Shown here in pieces: positions 1 through 10,739 of a DNA stretch of 64,000 nt. Below the pieces are notes generated by a model. That model saw only the letters and a program-made list of their open reading frames with translations, was not told the DNA's origin and did not search any database. Location of the stretch: assembly GCA_963733035.1 (NCBI GenBank), contig CAVTBU010000005.1:2496001-2560000 (forward strand). Direction: 5' to 3'. Numbering within the stretch: position 1 is the stretch's first letter; every line of letters begins with the position of its first letter. Position numbers and translations under genes: made by a program. The DNA is from Pirellulales bacterium (GTDB lineage Bacteria > Planctomycetota > Planctomycetia > Pirellulales > PALSA-1355).

Positions 1-116
1 CGGCCCGTGCCGACGCCAAATCTCAGCTGAGCGCCAGGGCCCAGAATAACCCGAGATGGGGGCAATTCCAAATCTTTCGAGGGATCAGCGCGGGGGCCCT
101 CTCGGTTCGGCCGGGC

Positions 117-1109
117 CTAGCCGTGTGGTTGGACCCCGGGGCTGAACAGCGGTCGCTCGGCCGTGCTTGCCACCGGACGCCTCGCGGACGTTGGCTGGCC
201 GCTGACACCCAGGTAGGTCACGGCATACAACAGCAGCACAAACGGCGAAAACAGGAAGACGCCCAATCCGCAAGTTGCCACAGTCAATGCCAGACCGGCG
301 AAGAAAACGATCAGAGACATCAACAGCACGGTCGCCTTGTTGCCTTCCATCACGCGTGCCGAAAGTCGGAACGAATCCATCACATCGGAGCGTTGGTCGA
401 TAAGCATGAACGGTGCCAGCCCGAAGTACATCAGAAACAATACGCCCGGCACAAACAGCAACATAAACCCTCCGATCATGCCCAGAATCAGCAAGGCCAG
501 GATCGCCGTGGCCGGCACCAAAAGCGGCCCAATCGAAAAAAAGTCGGCCCAGTCGGCCCGCCCGTGCCGCGCAATGCCGAGGAAGAACTTCGCCATCCCG
601 AACAGAAAATACGCGTCGATCGCCACGGCGCCCAAGCCGCCGAACAGCCCGCCCACGACGGCAACGGGCCAAGTCGTGTTGTCGGTGATCGCGCTGACCA
701 GTCCGCCGAAAAGCACGTGTGCAATTTGCATGCAAATGTTTCCGATCAGCGCACCAAGAATACATACCAGCAGGTTGCTCTTGAAGATGTTCCACGTCTG
801 TTCCAGCACATCCGTTAGGACCACGCGCGTTGGATGAAAACCAACGGCAGACGATCCGAAAGGCGACTCGAACGACGCGGCGGCAGCGGGCGATTGATAC
901 GGGTTGGCCTGGCCATGATGACTCGCGGTGGCGGCAGGATCAAAATCGGCGTCGCGGGGCGGCACTTCGGCGATCGACGCGGCCGGAATCGCCATCATTG
1001 CCCCACACTGCGGGCACTTGGCCTGCTTGCCTTCGGTGCCAGGAGGCGTGCGAAGCAACTTGTTGCAGCGCGTACAGCGAAATTCGATCGTCAACGCGAT
1101 ACCCTCCAT
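117..1109 (-). CDS. Zinc-ribbon plus multi-pass membrane protein
   Basis: N-terminal CTRC...CPQC, an NPYQSP linker typical of planctomycete membrane proteins, and about 5 hydrophobic helices. Confidence 0.75.
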   Translation of the reverse strand: MEGIALTIEFRCTRCNKLLRTPPGTEGKQAKCPQCGAMMAIPAASIAEVPPRDADFDPAATASHHGQANPYQSPAAAASFESPFGSSAVGFHPTRVVLTDVLEQTWNIFKSNLLVCILGALIGNICMQIAHVLFGGLVSAITDNTTWPVAVVGGLFGGLGAVAIDAYFLFGMAKFFLGIARHGRADWADFFSIGPLLVPATAILALLILGMIGGFMLLFVPGVLFLMYFGLAPFMLIDQRSDVMDSFRLSARVMEGNKATVLLMSLIVFFAGLALTVATCGLGVFLFSPFVLLLYAVTYLGVSGQPTSARRPVASTAERPLFSPGVQPHG

Positions 1110-1299
1110 CGTGTCGCCTCCCCCCGCGGAGCAGGCCCGCTTACGGGGCCCGCCAGATTATATTCGCGGCCCGCGACGTCAAATTGGCAATCGCGACAAA
1201 GTTGGGCCAAGAATTGCGTGGGGCGGGCAAGTCGTTTCTAACGAGCCCCTGGAAATTCTGCAATCGCGGCATGCGCCGGCACGCCGCCGGCGGCAGAGG

Positions 1300-1908
1300 T
1301 CAGCTCTTGGGGCCCTGCCTAGTGAGCGAGAGATTCCCCTCATACTCGCCGCGACGATTCGAGTAGCGGACGATGAAATCGCCGTTCTCGTCGAAGGGCC
1401 GCGCTCGGCCAAAGCGCGAAAGCGTGCCTTCCGATTCGCGGTGCATCCAGCCCAGCCACACCCGATCCGGCTGCAAGCCGAACAGCATCTTGGTGTCGGG
1501 ATCCTGTTGAAATCCCCCCAGAAAATGGCGCGCCAAAGGGGCCGTGTGAAGCGTGGCGGTCGTGAAGCAAAGCGCGATCCAAGCCACCCAAATCGCCATG
1601 ATGATTCCGCCGGCCTTTTCCAGCGGAACAGGAAAACGGACCTTCACCTTCGAGAAATAATCCGAAACGAACCGCAGGAAAACCATGGCAAAGCCGAAAA
1701 CCAGCCAGATGGCCACGAAGTCCCAAATGTAGGTGAACGATGGTTCGTTGTCGTCGAAGAAACTCGCCACCGGCTCGAAGTAGTTGGTGGCAATCAGCCC
1801 TGCCAGCAGCAGATTGACCAGCGTGATGGTATTGTTCCAGAGCCCTTGGGTCATGGCCGAGGCAAAGACTCCGACGAAAATCAGGACCAGCACGATGCCG
1901 ACAAACAT
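1300..1908 (-). CDS. cvpA: CvpA (colicin V production) family membrane protein
   Basis: 202 aa with 4 TM segments and a QGLWNNTITLVN...LIATNYFEPVA pattern; starts 15 bp after the upstream ATPase-like gene. Confidence 0.65.
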   Translation of the reverse strand: MFVGIVLVLIFVGVFASAMTQGLWNNTITLVNLLLAGLIATNYFEPVASFFDDNEPSFTYIWDFVAIWLVFGFAMVFLRFVSDYFSKVKVRFPVPLEKAGGIIMAIWVAWIALCFTTATLHTAPLARHFLGGFQQDPDTKMLFGLQPDRVWLGWMHRESEGTLSRFGRARPFDENGDFIVRYSNRRGEYEGNLSLTRQGPKS

Positions 1909-1923
1909 GGGAGCACCACTTTC

Positions 1924-3679
1924 CTATTGTTTGAGCACGCGGAGTAGTTCTTGGATCGACGTCACTCCCTTGGCCACCAGCAGCACCCCTTCGTCCTGCA
2001 GGCTCCGGTGTTTGAGTTTGCGGGCCATCAGCCGCAGGTTCTCCAGCTTGGGAGCGGTGGTCAATACCTTGCGAATGTGGTCGTCGACGACCAGCAGCTC
2101 GAAAATACCCGTGCGGCCCAGGTAGCCCACGCCGTTGCACTGATCGCACACCTCGTCCGGCTTTTTGGGATTGATCGGTTGCGTCGGAGTGCGGTAGAGG
2201 GCCTCGATGCGGCCGGCCGGCAGTCCCAATTGCTTGAGCACCTCCGGCGGCGGCGGATAGCCTTCCTTGCACTTCTCGCACAATTTGCGTACCAGGCGGA
2301 TGTTGAGCACGCCCGTCACGGCCGGCGCGAATTCGGCCGGCGGAATCTTAAGCATCATCAGCCGCAACAGCGCCTCGACGGCCTCTTTGGCACGCACGCT
2401 GGTAATCACCAGTCGGTTCTCGCCGGCCTGCTCGCAAAGGATATTGAGCGTGTCCAAATCCGCCACGTCGCGAACGATGATCACATCCGGGTAGGTGCGG
2501 ATCAGCTTGGGCAGAACCGCGGCAGGCGTTTCGCCGGCCGCGGATGAGTAATTCGTGGCATGAACGTTTTCAATGTCGTGATAAGGCTTGTCGGTGTCGA
2601 CGACTTCCACGAAGTTGCGGGTATAGCGGTCGACATTCGACAGCACTTGATCCATCGTGGTCGTCAGGCCGCCAGCCGGCATCGAAGAAAATACGAACAG
2701 GCCTGGCTCCGCCAGGATTTCCATCAGCCTCTCGCGCGTTTTTTCGCGGATGCCCAGGTCATCGAGGTCGAGCTTGGGCACTTTATCCGGCTCGAACTGC
2801 AGCAAAACGCGTTCGCCGGTCTGCGTTCCCTGGCTAGTGATCTTGGTGGTAAATTTCATCTTGCCGGCTTCCATGCCAAACTGACCACTCTGGCGCGAAC
2901 GGCGGTCTTGCACCTTGAGTGCGGCCAGCGTTTTGAACACCTCCAACACCGGATCGCCGACTTCCCGCTCCAGGGCCGATCGATCGTGCCAGACACCGTC
3001 GACCTGGTATCGAACACCCACCGACTGCGGCGTGTAATCGAGCATCACGTGCGTGGACCGCTGCTTGAGAGCGTCGTCCAGAAGTTCTCGCGAAGGCATG
3101 AAGCCGGCGTGCTGCCGGGCGGTTAGCAAGTTGACGTTGTCGTCGCGGTCGCTCGCGGCGCCGCGGGCCGTGTACTCGATTTGCGGTCCCAGCTCGCGCT
3201 CATCAAAGTCAGCCCCCTCGATCTTGATGCCGATCAGCCGTACCTTCAGGGCGAACCATCGCCGCAGGTGCCGGCCGGTAAACACTTTGTCGGACGAGGC
3301 GCGAACCTGCTTGTTGCGATACACCACGTACGACACCAGTGGCGCGACGTAGGAAATCAACAGCAGCGTGATGCCAACAAAGAAAACCTTAATGGCAAAA
3401 AACAGCAACAGCCCGAGGAAAAAGCTGAAGAACGCGATCGAGTTCCACAGCGCCCAGCGCAGCTTGACTTCCTGCGCGTCCTGGCTGATCCAATCCACGG
3501 TGCGGACCCAGTACAGGAACAAGATCCACACCGAGAGCAGCTTCCAGGGGTCGAGGTAGAACCCGCTGCCGCGCAAACGAGGTGGAGGGCCACACCGAAG
3601 TGTCCGCCGCCAATAGCGTTTGTGCGCCGCCGGCCCAGATGGCCGACGCGCCCGCCAACACCAAGATCGCGCGCAGCAT
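1924..3679 (-). CDS. Membrane-anchored GspE/PilB-like ATPase homolog with degenerate catalytic motifs; apparent frameshift near 3575
   Basis: PilB-like motifs VRYQVDG, RLVRKLCEKC, CDQC and GYLGRTGIFE. ATG 3679 overlaps the pilT stop (TAATG) and encodes a signal-like leader that joins ORF 1924-3576 only after a frame change. Confidence 0.8.
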
Positions 3680-4830
3680 TACAGAATTCCGGGGGTCGAA
3701 ACGGCGATGCCCTTGAGGGCCATTTTCAGTGCTTCCGTATTCGGCGCCACTTCCATTGCGACCGCCCGGTCAACCAAATCGCGATTCACCAGATCCGTCA
3801 GGCTCATCGTAAAGTCTTGCATGCCGTCGCGTGCGGACATCCGAATCGCATCCGGCAGCTTGTCGTCCTTTTCCTCGAGAATCAGCTTCCGCACCGTCGG
3901 ACTGAAGGTCATGATCTCGACCGTCGGCACGCGGCTCACGCCCGGCTTGATCGACGGCAGAAGTTTTTGCGCCACGATGCCCCGCATGTTGAAGGCCAGC
4001 GCACTGCGTAGTGCCGGATGCATATCTGCCGGGAACAAGTCGAGAATACGGCCAACCGTGGTCGAGGCACTCGAGGCGTGAATCGTGCCGAACACCAAGT
4101 GGCCCGTTTCCGCCGCGTGAATGGCCGTCATGAACGTTTCGCGATCGCGCATTTCGCCCACCAGCATCACGTCGGGATCCTCGCGGACGGCGTGCTTCAT
4201 GCCGACTTCGAAGTCGATCACGTCGAGCCCGATTTCGCGCTGGTTGATCAGGCACTTGTCCTCGGTGTAGATGAATTCGATCGGATCTTCGAGCGTCAGG
4301 ATGTGTTTGCGGTAGTTCGCATTGATCCAGTTGAGCATCGAGGCGATCGTCGTCGTCTTGCCCGAACCCGTGACGCCGGCCAGCAGCACCATGCCCTGAT
4401 CGAACTTGCAAAGTTCGACCATCGTGGGAGGAAGGTACAGCCCCTCGAAGTCTGGAACCCAGTTGCTCACGCGGCGAGCAACCAGGCCCATGTGTCCCAT
4501 CTGTTTGAGCATATTGACGCGGAACCGCCACCGCACCCCGTCGACCTCCATGCTGTGGGCAAAGTCCGCGCCGCCGGTTTCGGCAAAGATCTTCTTCTGC
4601 CGCTCGTCGAGCATCGGCATCAACAGGCGTTCCATCTCCTCGTCGTCGATCGGACCGCGATTCAGCGGGCGCAGGCTCCCCTTGACGCGCACGTGGGGCG
4701 GGCAATCGACCTTCAGGTGCAAGTCGCTCCCCTCCAGCTTCACCAAGGCTGTGAACAGCTTGTCGACTTCGAGTTCTCGGCGGCGCACGGTCGGTTTCTT
4801 CTGGCGATTCGGATCTACGGTGGTAGCCAC
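3679..4830 (-). CDS. pilT: PilT/PilU type IV pilus retraction ATPase
   Basis: SDLHL, Walker A GVTGSGKTT, TLEDPIE, REDPDVMLVGEMRD, AETGHLVFGTIH, GMQ. Confidence 0.93.
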   Translation of the reverse strand: MATTVDPNRQKKPTVRRRELEVDKLFTALVKLEGSDLHLKVDCPPHVRVKGSLRPLNRGPIDDEEMERLLMPMLDERQKKIFAETGGADFAHSMEVDGVRWRFRVNMLKQMGHMGLVARRVSNWVPDFEGLYLPPTMVELCKFDQGMVLLAGVTGSGKTTTIASMLNWINANYRKHILTLEDPIEFIYTEDKCLINQREIGLDVIDFEVGMKHAVREDPDVMLVGEMRDRETFMTAIHAAETGHLVFGTIHASSASTTVGRILDLFPADMHPALRSALAFNMRGIVAQKLLPSIKPGVSRVPTVEIMTFSPTVRKLILEEKDDKLPDAIRMSARDGMQDFTMSLTDLVNRDLVDRAVAMEVAPNTEALKMALKGIAVSTPGIL

Positions 4831-4908
4831 TTCGGCCTCTCCTTTGCGTTTGTTCCTATGTCCTATCCTACTTGATCGGGGTGCCTCGTGTTGCCGTCGG
4901 CGGGGCGA

Positions 4909-5682
4909 TTATTTAGCCTCGCGCACGGGAACTCCCCGCTCTCGCATCACTTGCTTGGTCTGGGCGATCGAAAATTCGCCGTAATGGAAGATGCTGGCCG
5001 CCAGGGCCGCGTCGGCCTTGCCCAGCATAATCGCGTCGGCCAAATGCTCCGGACGACCCGCTCCACCGCTGGCCACAACCGGAATCGTCACCGCGTCGCT
5101 CACCGCCCGGGTCATCTCCAAATCGTAGCCGTTTTTCGTCCCATCGGCGTCCATGCTGGTCAACACGATCTCGCCGGCCCCCAGGCTCTCGACCTCCTTG
5201 GCCCAGGCCACGGCCTCGCGCCCGGTCGGCTTGCGGCCGCCGTGCGTGTGGACTTCCCACACCTCGCGGCCCTCTTTCGTGACGCGCTTGGGATCGATGT
5301 TCACCACGATGCACTGGCTGCCGAAGCGCCGGGCTGCCTGGCGGACAAACTCGGGATTCTCCGGCGCGGCCGTGTTGATCGAAACCTTGTCGCAACCGGC
5401 CAACAGCAGGTCGCGAATGTCTTCCAGCGTGCGAATGCCTCCGCCCACGCAGAGCGGCATGAAGACCATCTCGGCCGTGCGACGGACCACGTCGAGCATG
5501 ATCTCCCGTTCTTCGTGGCTGGCGGTGATGTCCAAAAAGACCAGTTCGTCGGCGCCCTCCTGCTCGTAGCGCGCGGCCACATCTACCGGGTCGCCGGCGT
5601 CGCGCAGGTTGACGAAATTCGTACCTTTGACGACCCGGCCTCGATGAACGTCAAGACATGGAATCACGCGCTTGGCAAGCAT
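4909..5682 (-). CDS. hisF: Imidazole glycerol phosphate synthase cyclase subunit
   Basis: [57 protein letters not shown]. Confidence 0.97.
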   Translation of the reverse strand: MLAKRVIPCLDVHRGRVVKGTNFVNLRDAGDPVDVAARYEQEGADELVFLDITASHEEREIMLDVVRRTAEMVFMPLCVGGGIRTLEDIRDLLLAGCDKVSINTAAPENPEFVRQAARRFGSQCIVVNIDPKRVTKEGREVWEVHTHGGRKPTGREAVAWAKEVESLGAGEIVLTSMDADGTKNGYDLEMTRAVSDAVTIPVVASGGAGRPEHLADAIMLGKADAALAASIFHYGEFSIAQTKQVMRERGVPVREAK

Positions 5683-5990
5683 GTGAGAAGTCGACTAGGA
5701 GGGTCATAACCTGTTCCATGGACTCCCTCTAGCAGCACCGTCCCGACGCCGTAAAGGGACTTTCCAGATATCACTTTAAGATCAGCGACCCAGGGGGTCA
5801 ACGGGCCGGAAGGCGCGGACGGGCTGCGCCGCCTCGGCTGCACCTTCGACCACCTATTGAGGGTTTTGCGGTACCTTGATCTTGCGGGTACCTGGACGGG
5901 TTTCTAGACTCCCCCCGCGCAGGAGGCAAAAGATGCTCCGACTGGCGCCTACAAATCCTGTTCGTTTTGCCAATTCCGGAGGCCTGGATC

Positions 5991-6479
5991 ATGGGAAGAT
6001 GCGCATCTTGTCGCAAGTTAATTGTGCTGGGTGGCAAAAAGCAGGGCAATTTGCGGTTCTGTAGCGACGACTGCCACCAACAAGGGTTTCTGATTCCGCT
6101 GGCTCAGCAAGGCGCACCTGAGACCGTGGCCGAGCAGGTCCAGGCCGTTCATCAGCAGGCTTGTCCGATGTGCGGTGGTCCTGGTCCGGTTGATATCTAC
6201 ACGTCGCATTCTGTCGTTTCGATCCTCATCGTGACCTCGTGGAAAAGCACGCCCCAGCTATCGTGCGTATCCTGCGGAACAACTGCGATCTGGAAGGGCA
6301 TTGCCGTCTCGGCGTTTCTGGGCTGGTGGGGCTTTCCCTTCGGCCTGATCATCACGCCCCTGCAATTGCTCAAGGGCGCAAGAGCGCTCAGCAACCGCCC
6401 GGAGCCCGGCCAACCTTCGGTAGCACTTCAAGACGTCGTCCGATCACACATCGGAAGTTCCCTAGCCAGAGCCGCCTAA
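5991..6479 (+). CDS. Hypothetical Cys-rich membrane protein
   Basis: CASC, CSDDC, CPMC and CVSC pairs plus a GWWGFPFG TM segment; GGAGG precedes ATG 5991. Confidence 0.65.
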   Translation: MGRCASCRKLIVLGGKKQGNLRFCSDDCHQQGFLIPLAQQGAPETVAEQVQAVHQQACPMCGGPGPVDIYTSHSVVSILIVTSWKSTPQLSCVSCGTTAIWKGIAVSAFLGWWGFPFGLIITPLQLLKGARALSNRPEPGQPSVALQDVVRSHIGSSLARAA

Positions 6480-6492
6480 CGCGTCCTGCACC

Positions 6493-6514
6493 AAAAAGGT
6501 GCCAGGAACCTTTT
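6493..6514. repeat. REP family A palindrome, copy 1
   Basis: AAAAAGGTGCCAGGAACCTTTT; preceded by a partial inverted copy TCCTGCACC (6484-6492). Confidence 0.85.
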
Positions 6515-7583
6515 ACTTGTCCAGCAGCTCGGCGAGCTTTTGTCCCAGCCTCTTGCCGCGGCAATGGACCGCAGCGACTTTGCCGTCCTTGCCAATCAGG
6601 ATAAACGCGGGAATGCCTCGAATGCCGTATGCGGCCGCCATCGACGTGCGATTGAAAGGATGACGATCAGCCAGGACAGTCCAGGGTGGGTTCTCCTGGA
6701 CGACAAATTTCCGCAGCTCGCCAAGGTCTTTGTCGATGCTGATGGCGATCACTTCAAATCCGGCGTCGTGGTACTGCTGCCAGTTCGCCAGAATATTGGG
6801 CATCTCTGCGCGACACGGTCCACACCAGGTCGCCCAAAAGTCAATCAGCACCACTTTCCCTTTGAACCGCGATATATCCAGCGGCGTGCCATCGAGCATG
6901 CAGCCCTCGATCCGTAGCGGCTGGCCGACCAGCGATAACAGCGGATCGACCTCGTTTGAGGACCCAGGTTCCGACTCAAAGTCCAGGGTGCGCTCTTCAT
7001 TGCCCAGCATCATGCTGATGGCGAACACCCGCCATTGATCGCCCTCGAAGCGGAGATGCAGTGTGGTCTCGTGTCGCGCACCGTCAGAACGGACCTGGAC
7101 GGGCACCTCGGCTTGCGTCTCGGAGATCTTGGCGCGACCCACTCGAATCGAGCGGATACTTGCATCGGGAGTAGCAAGCTTGACCAGAGGGGAGTCTTCG
7201 TTCTTGGCGATGGCTTGGGCCGCATCCGTCAACAGGGCTCGCGCCAGCTCGCGTTCCTTCGTACGCAGGTCGCCGTAGAATTGCTCAGCGACATCGCGGA
7301 CGACCTTGCTTGCGGAGTCCACGTCGGGTTTCTTTTCATCGGCCAGCTGCTTTTTGACAAACGCCCGATCTGCAGCGCATAGCCGCTTGAGGGGAATCGT
7401 GATTTCCTTCCCATCGGCGAGTCGTAACTGAACGTCGACCGCGGTCGCGGAAATCAGTTCCGCCTCCGTCGTGTGCTTGCCGGTTGAATCGGTCCAGTTG
7501 CGGATTTCGCCCGCGGCCTGTCCGCATAGGTTAAATAGGACAATCCCGAGGGCGACTGTTGACGAGCAAATTCTGGTGTACAT
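6513..7583 (-). CDS. Exported TlpA-type thiol-disulfide oxidoreductase with N-terminal SHD1-like domain
   Basis: Signal peptide from MYTRIC, RNWTDSTGKH...IPLKRL (SHD1-like), and GKVVLIDFWATWCGPC. Confidence 0.85.
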   Translation of the reverse strand: MYTRICSSTVALGIVLFNLCGQAAGEIRNWTDSTGKHTTEAELISATAVDVQLRLADGKEITIPLKRLCAADRAFVKKQLADEKKPDVDSASKVVRDVAEQFYGDLRTKERELARALLTDAAQAIAKNEDSPLVKLATPDASIRSIRVGRAKISETQAEVPVQVRSDGARHETTLHLRFEGDQWRVFAISMMLGNEERTLDFESEPGSSNEVDPLLSLVGQPLRIEGCMLDGTPLDISRFKGKVVLIDFWATWCGPCRAEMPNILANWQQYHDAGFEVIAISIDKDLGELRKFVVQENPPWTVLADRHPFNRTSMAAAYGIRGIPAFILIGKDGKVAAVHCRGKRLGQKLAELLDK

Positions 7584-7663
7584 TGCCGCGCTCCGACGAC
7601 GACGAGCGAATAGCCGCACGTTCCAGGATGTCAGCATACTGTGGTCAAGACGCCGAGTCTCAA

Positions 7664-8371
7664 TTATTCGCGCCGGGTCGCGAAAATGGTGCCAGGAACC
7701 TTTTTGATTTTCTTGGGACGGCCACGCGGGCGGAGGGTGTTCTGGAGGCCAAGGGTGATTGCGGTGCATTCGCTCCAATGGGCGCTGCCCAACGGATTTC
7801 CTCGCCGAATACTTCGCCCGATTTGCGCGACTTCGGCCTCGGTTTGCGGTGTGTTTACGAGGTCAATCCAATCGCGCGGTCGGGGGATTGGCCACGTCGA
7901 GAGAAGTGCGTCGGCACCGGACTCGTTTAGCCTTCGATACATGCTGCCCCATCGCCACTTTTCGGCGCGATCCACCAAACCGGCCCGCAGCGCATTTCGC
8001 TCGACATAGCGTGTCACACGGTAGAAATGGTCGTCCTCCTCGACCGGGAAGGATTTGAATCGGCCCTGATAGAGATGTCCCGTTCCGCTCGACTGCCGGA
8101 ATGCATGCCAGCGCTGGGCGTGCGTCAAGCTAAGCCAACCCACGAACCGCGAAAGTTCGCCGTCTTCTCGCGGCCAAACCACGAGGTGCCAATGGTTGGG
8201 CATAAGACAATAGGCCAACAGCCGCGTATCCGTGCGCTCGACGGCAGCTTCCAATATCTTTTCAAATGCCCCATAGTCGCCGTCTTCAGCAAAGATCGGC
8301 ATGCGCGCATTGCCACGATTGAGCACATGGTAAACGTAGCCACCAACAGCAGCACGATGCGGTCGTCCCAT
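7664..8371 (-). mobile_element. rayT: REP-associated tyrosine transposase (RAYT, IS200/Y1 HUH family)
   Basis: YHVLNRG, AYCLMPNHWHL (HUH), GHLYQGRFKS, RYVERN, WRWGS and C-terminal RPRGRPKK; flanked by inverted REPs. Confidence 0.92.
7683..7705. repeat. REP family A, copy 2
   Basis: AAAATGGTGCCAGGAACCTTTTT, inside the RAYT 3' end. Confidence 0.85.
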
Positions 8372-8404
8372 GCCCGACCAGAATAGTCCCAACGGGTGGT
8401 TCGG

Positions 8405-10419
8405 TCAACGAAAAAGGTTCCTGGCACCTTTTTCGTCGCGGGCGGATTCGATGACGCGGCGGCAGTCGGGGAGCGACTCTAGAAATAGCCTGCCGTAGGG
8501 CTTGGTTCGCACCCGGGGGTCGAGGATCACGACCATGCCCTCGTCGCGCTGGGTGCGGATGAGCCGGCCGAAACCTTGCTTCAGCTTCAGCACTGCCTCG
8601 GGCAATTGATAGTCGTTAAATGGATTGCCGCCGCGTGCGCGGATTGCCTCCAGCCGCGCTTCGAGCAGGGGCCGGTCGGGCACGCTGAACGGAAGCTTGG
8701 CGATGATTACATTTTGGAGAGCTTCGCCCGGCACGTCGACGCCCTGCCAAAAACTGTCGGTGCCCAGCAGTACGGCCCGCGGATTGGCCCGAAACCGCTC
8801 GACCATTTGCGTCCGCGGCAGTCCGTCGGCCTGGCAATAAAGTCCCAGGTTTTGCGCCGTTAGCCAGGGCGCAAATCGGCCGACACGCGCCGCATCATCT
8901 CGTAGCTGGTGAGCAGCACGAACGCATGCCCGTCGGTGCGGGCCACGTAGCGGCGGATCATCGCCACCACGGCCCGCTCGTAGGCCTCCTTGTCGCCGGT
9001 CGGGTCGGGCATTTCGTCCAGCAGCACCAGTTCCGCCTGCCGCTGATAGTCGAACGGGCTTCCCCAGCGGCGGCTTTCGGTCTGCGTGAGCCCCACGCGC
9101 AACTTGAAGAAATCGAACGAGCCGCTACGACCAACCGAGAGCGTGGCGCTGGTGAGCACCACGGTTTTCACTTTTTCAAACAGTTGCTCGCGGAGCGTCG
9201 GTCCAACATCGAGCGGAGCGGCCGACAGGCCAATTCGCCGGCGTCCCCGGCGGCTACGAGCCGCGTCGATCCAATACACCGCTTCGCTCTGCCGCTGCAA
9301 CCGCCAATCCTCGACCAGTTCCGAAAGCGCCGCCAGGCGCTCGGCCGCGGCCGTGAAGTCGAGCCGTTCTTCCTCGGGCACGCCGTGCGCCAGCGACTTG
9401 AGCCTGCGCGCGAGCGCCGTCAGCGACGGGCTGAGCTTGTTTTCGACGATCTCGGGCTCGCCAACGCGGGTGGTTTGCCGGCCGTGGCGGTCGATCCAAT
9501 CTTCAACGTCGTCGAAGAACTGGTCGGTGCGGAAGCGGCAAGCCTGCACCTCGCGCTGGGCGTCGGTCAGCCTGTGATGCACGAGCAGACCCCGTTGCGT
9601 CCGCTCGTTATAGAGTTTCGACAACACGAACTCGATTTGTCCGCTGGACAGGTTCACGCCCAGGTGATCGCTGGCCACGCCTTCAAGGTTGTGGGCTTCG
9701 TCAAAGACGACGATGTCGTAGTCGGGCAGAATGCTCGCGCCCTGGCGACGCAATGCCAGGTCGCTGAAGAACAGGGCATGATTGACGACCAGCACCTGCG
9801 CGTTCTGCACGCGCCGCCGAGCACGGTAGTAAAAGCACTCTTTATAGGTCGGGCACTGCCGGCCGTGGCAGTTGACGCTGTCGCTTTCCACTTCGTCCCA
9901 CACCTGCGACGGCGGGCGGTGATCCAAATCGGCCAGCGATCCGTCGCTCGTCTCGCGCGACCAATCGACAAGCGACCGCAGGGCGGCAAACTCTTCCTCC
10001 TGGCGATACAAACTGCGGGCTCGCTCGGAGGCCAGCTGCAAGCGGCGAAGACTCAGGTAGTTCTGCCGGCCCTTGACCAGCACAGCGGAAAACTCCAGCG
10101 GAATCACGCTGTTGAGCAGCGGCAGATCGCGGCCTATCAGCTGTTCTTGCAGGCTGATCGTATGCGTGGAAACCACCACGCGGCGCCGCGGCGCTTCGGC
10201 GCCTTGGTCGGGCTCGTCGGCCACGGCCAGGATCGATGGAACCAGGTAGGCAAAACTCTTGCCCACGCCGGTCCCGGCCTCGGCCACCAGGTGGTGCCCC
10301 TCGGAAATGGCGTCCGCCACGGCCTGGGCCATCGACAACTGCTCGGGACGTTGTTCGTAATGTTCCAGCCGGGCGGCAATCCGGCCCGCGGGCCCCAAAA
10401 TATCGGCCGGAGTGAGCAT
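8405..10419 (-). CDS. dinG: DinG/YoaA family helicase; apparent frameshift near 8870
   Basis: [18 protein letters not shown] in ORF 8860-10419; [13 protein letters not shown] and QGFGRLIR in ORF 8405-8806; adding one base joins them. Confidence 0.9.
8408..8436. repeat. REP family A, copy 3 (inverted)
   Basis: ACGAAAAAGGT-TCCTGGC-ACCTTTTTCGT, an 11-bp perfect stem. Confidence 0.88.
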
Positions 10420-10739
10420 GAAAGGCGCGCGCTATCGCATCTCCAGAATTTGGAATTTCCTCAGGCTAACACTTCCGCAAGGTGGCGAATAGGCGGTCTG
10501 GCACGAGACTGGTTGCGCCGCCTGTTCTTATGGCAACGAATGGCCCCATTCGAACGACCGCAACCGGTCGTGCCGCGTGCATTGGGCACGTAAATTGCTC
10601 GCTGGATTACCAGGTTTTTCAAGCTAGATTCCCGATAGAGGGTCGTGCTGCGACGGGGCGGCTCTGAGTGGACTTCGAGTGGGGACGGAGACCCAAGCCG
10701 GCCAGCGCGGTTTCTCGTCCTTTTGCTTGAGGTGGCGAC

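Noticed and set aside
6474..6514. attC-like start (GCCTAAC at a stop codon)
   Set aside because: There is no matching GTTRRRY arm and no integron integrase; the sequence that follows is explained by REP family A.
8926..10593. Long antisense ORFs (also 16675-18231, 19291-20676, 12320-13636)
   Set aside because: These are shadow frames of real genes in GC-rich DNA and carry no recognisable motifs.
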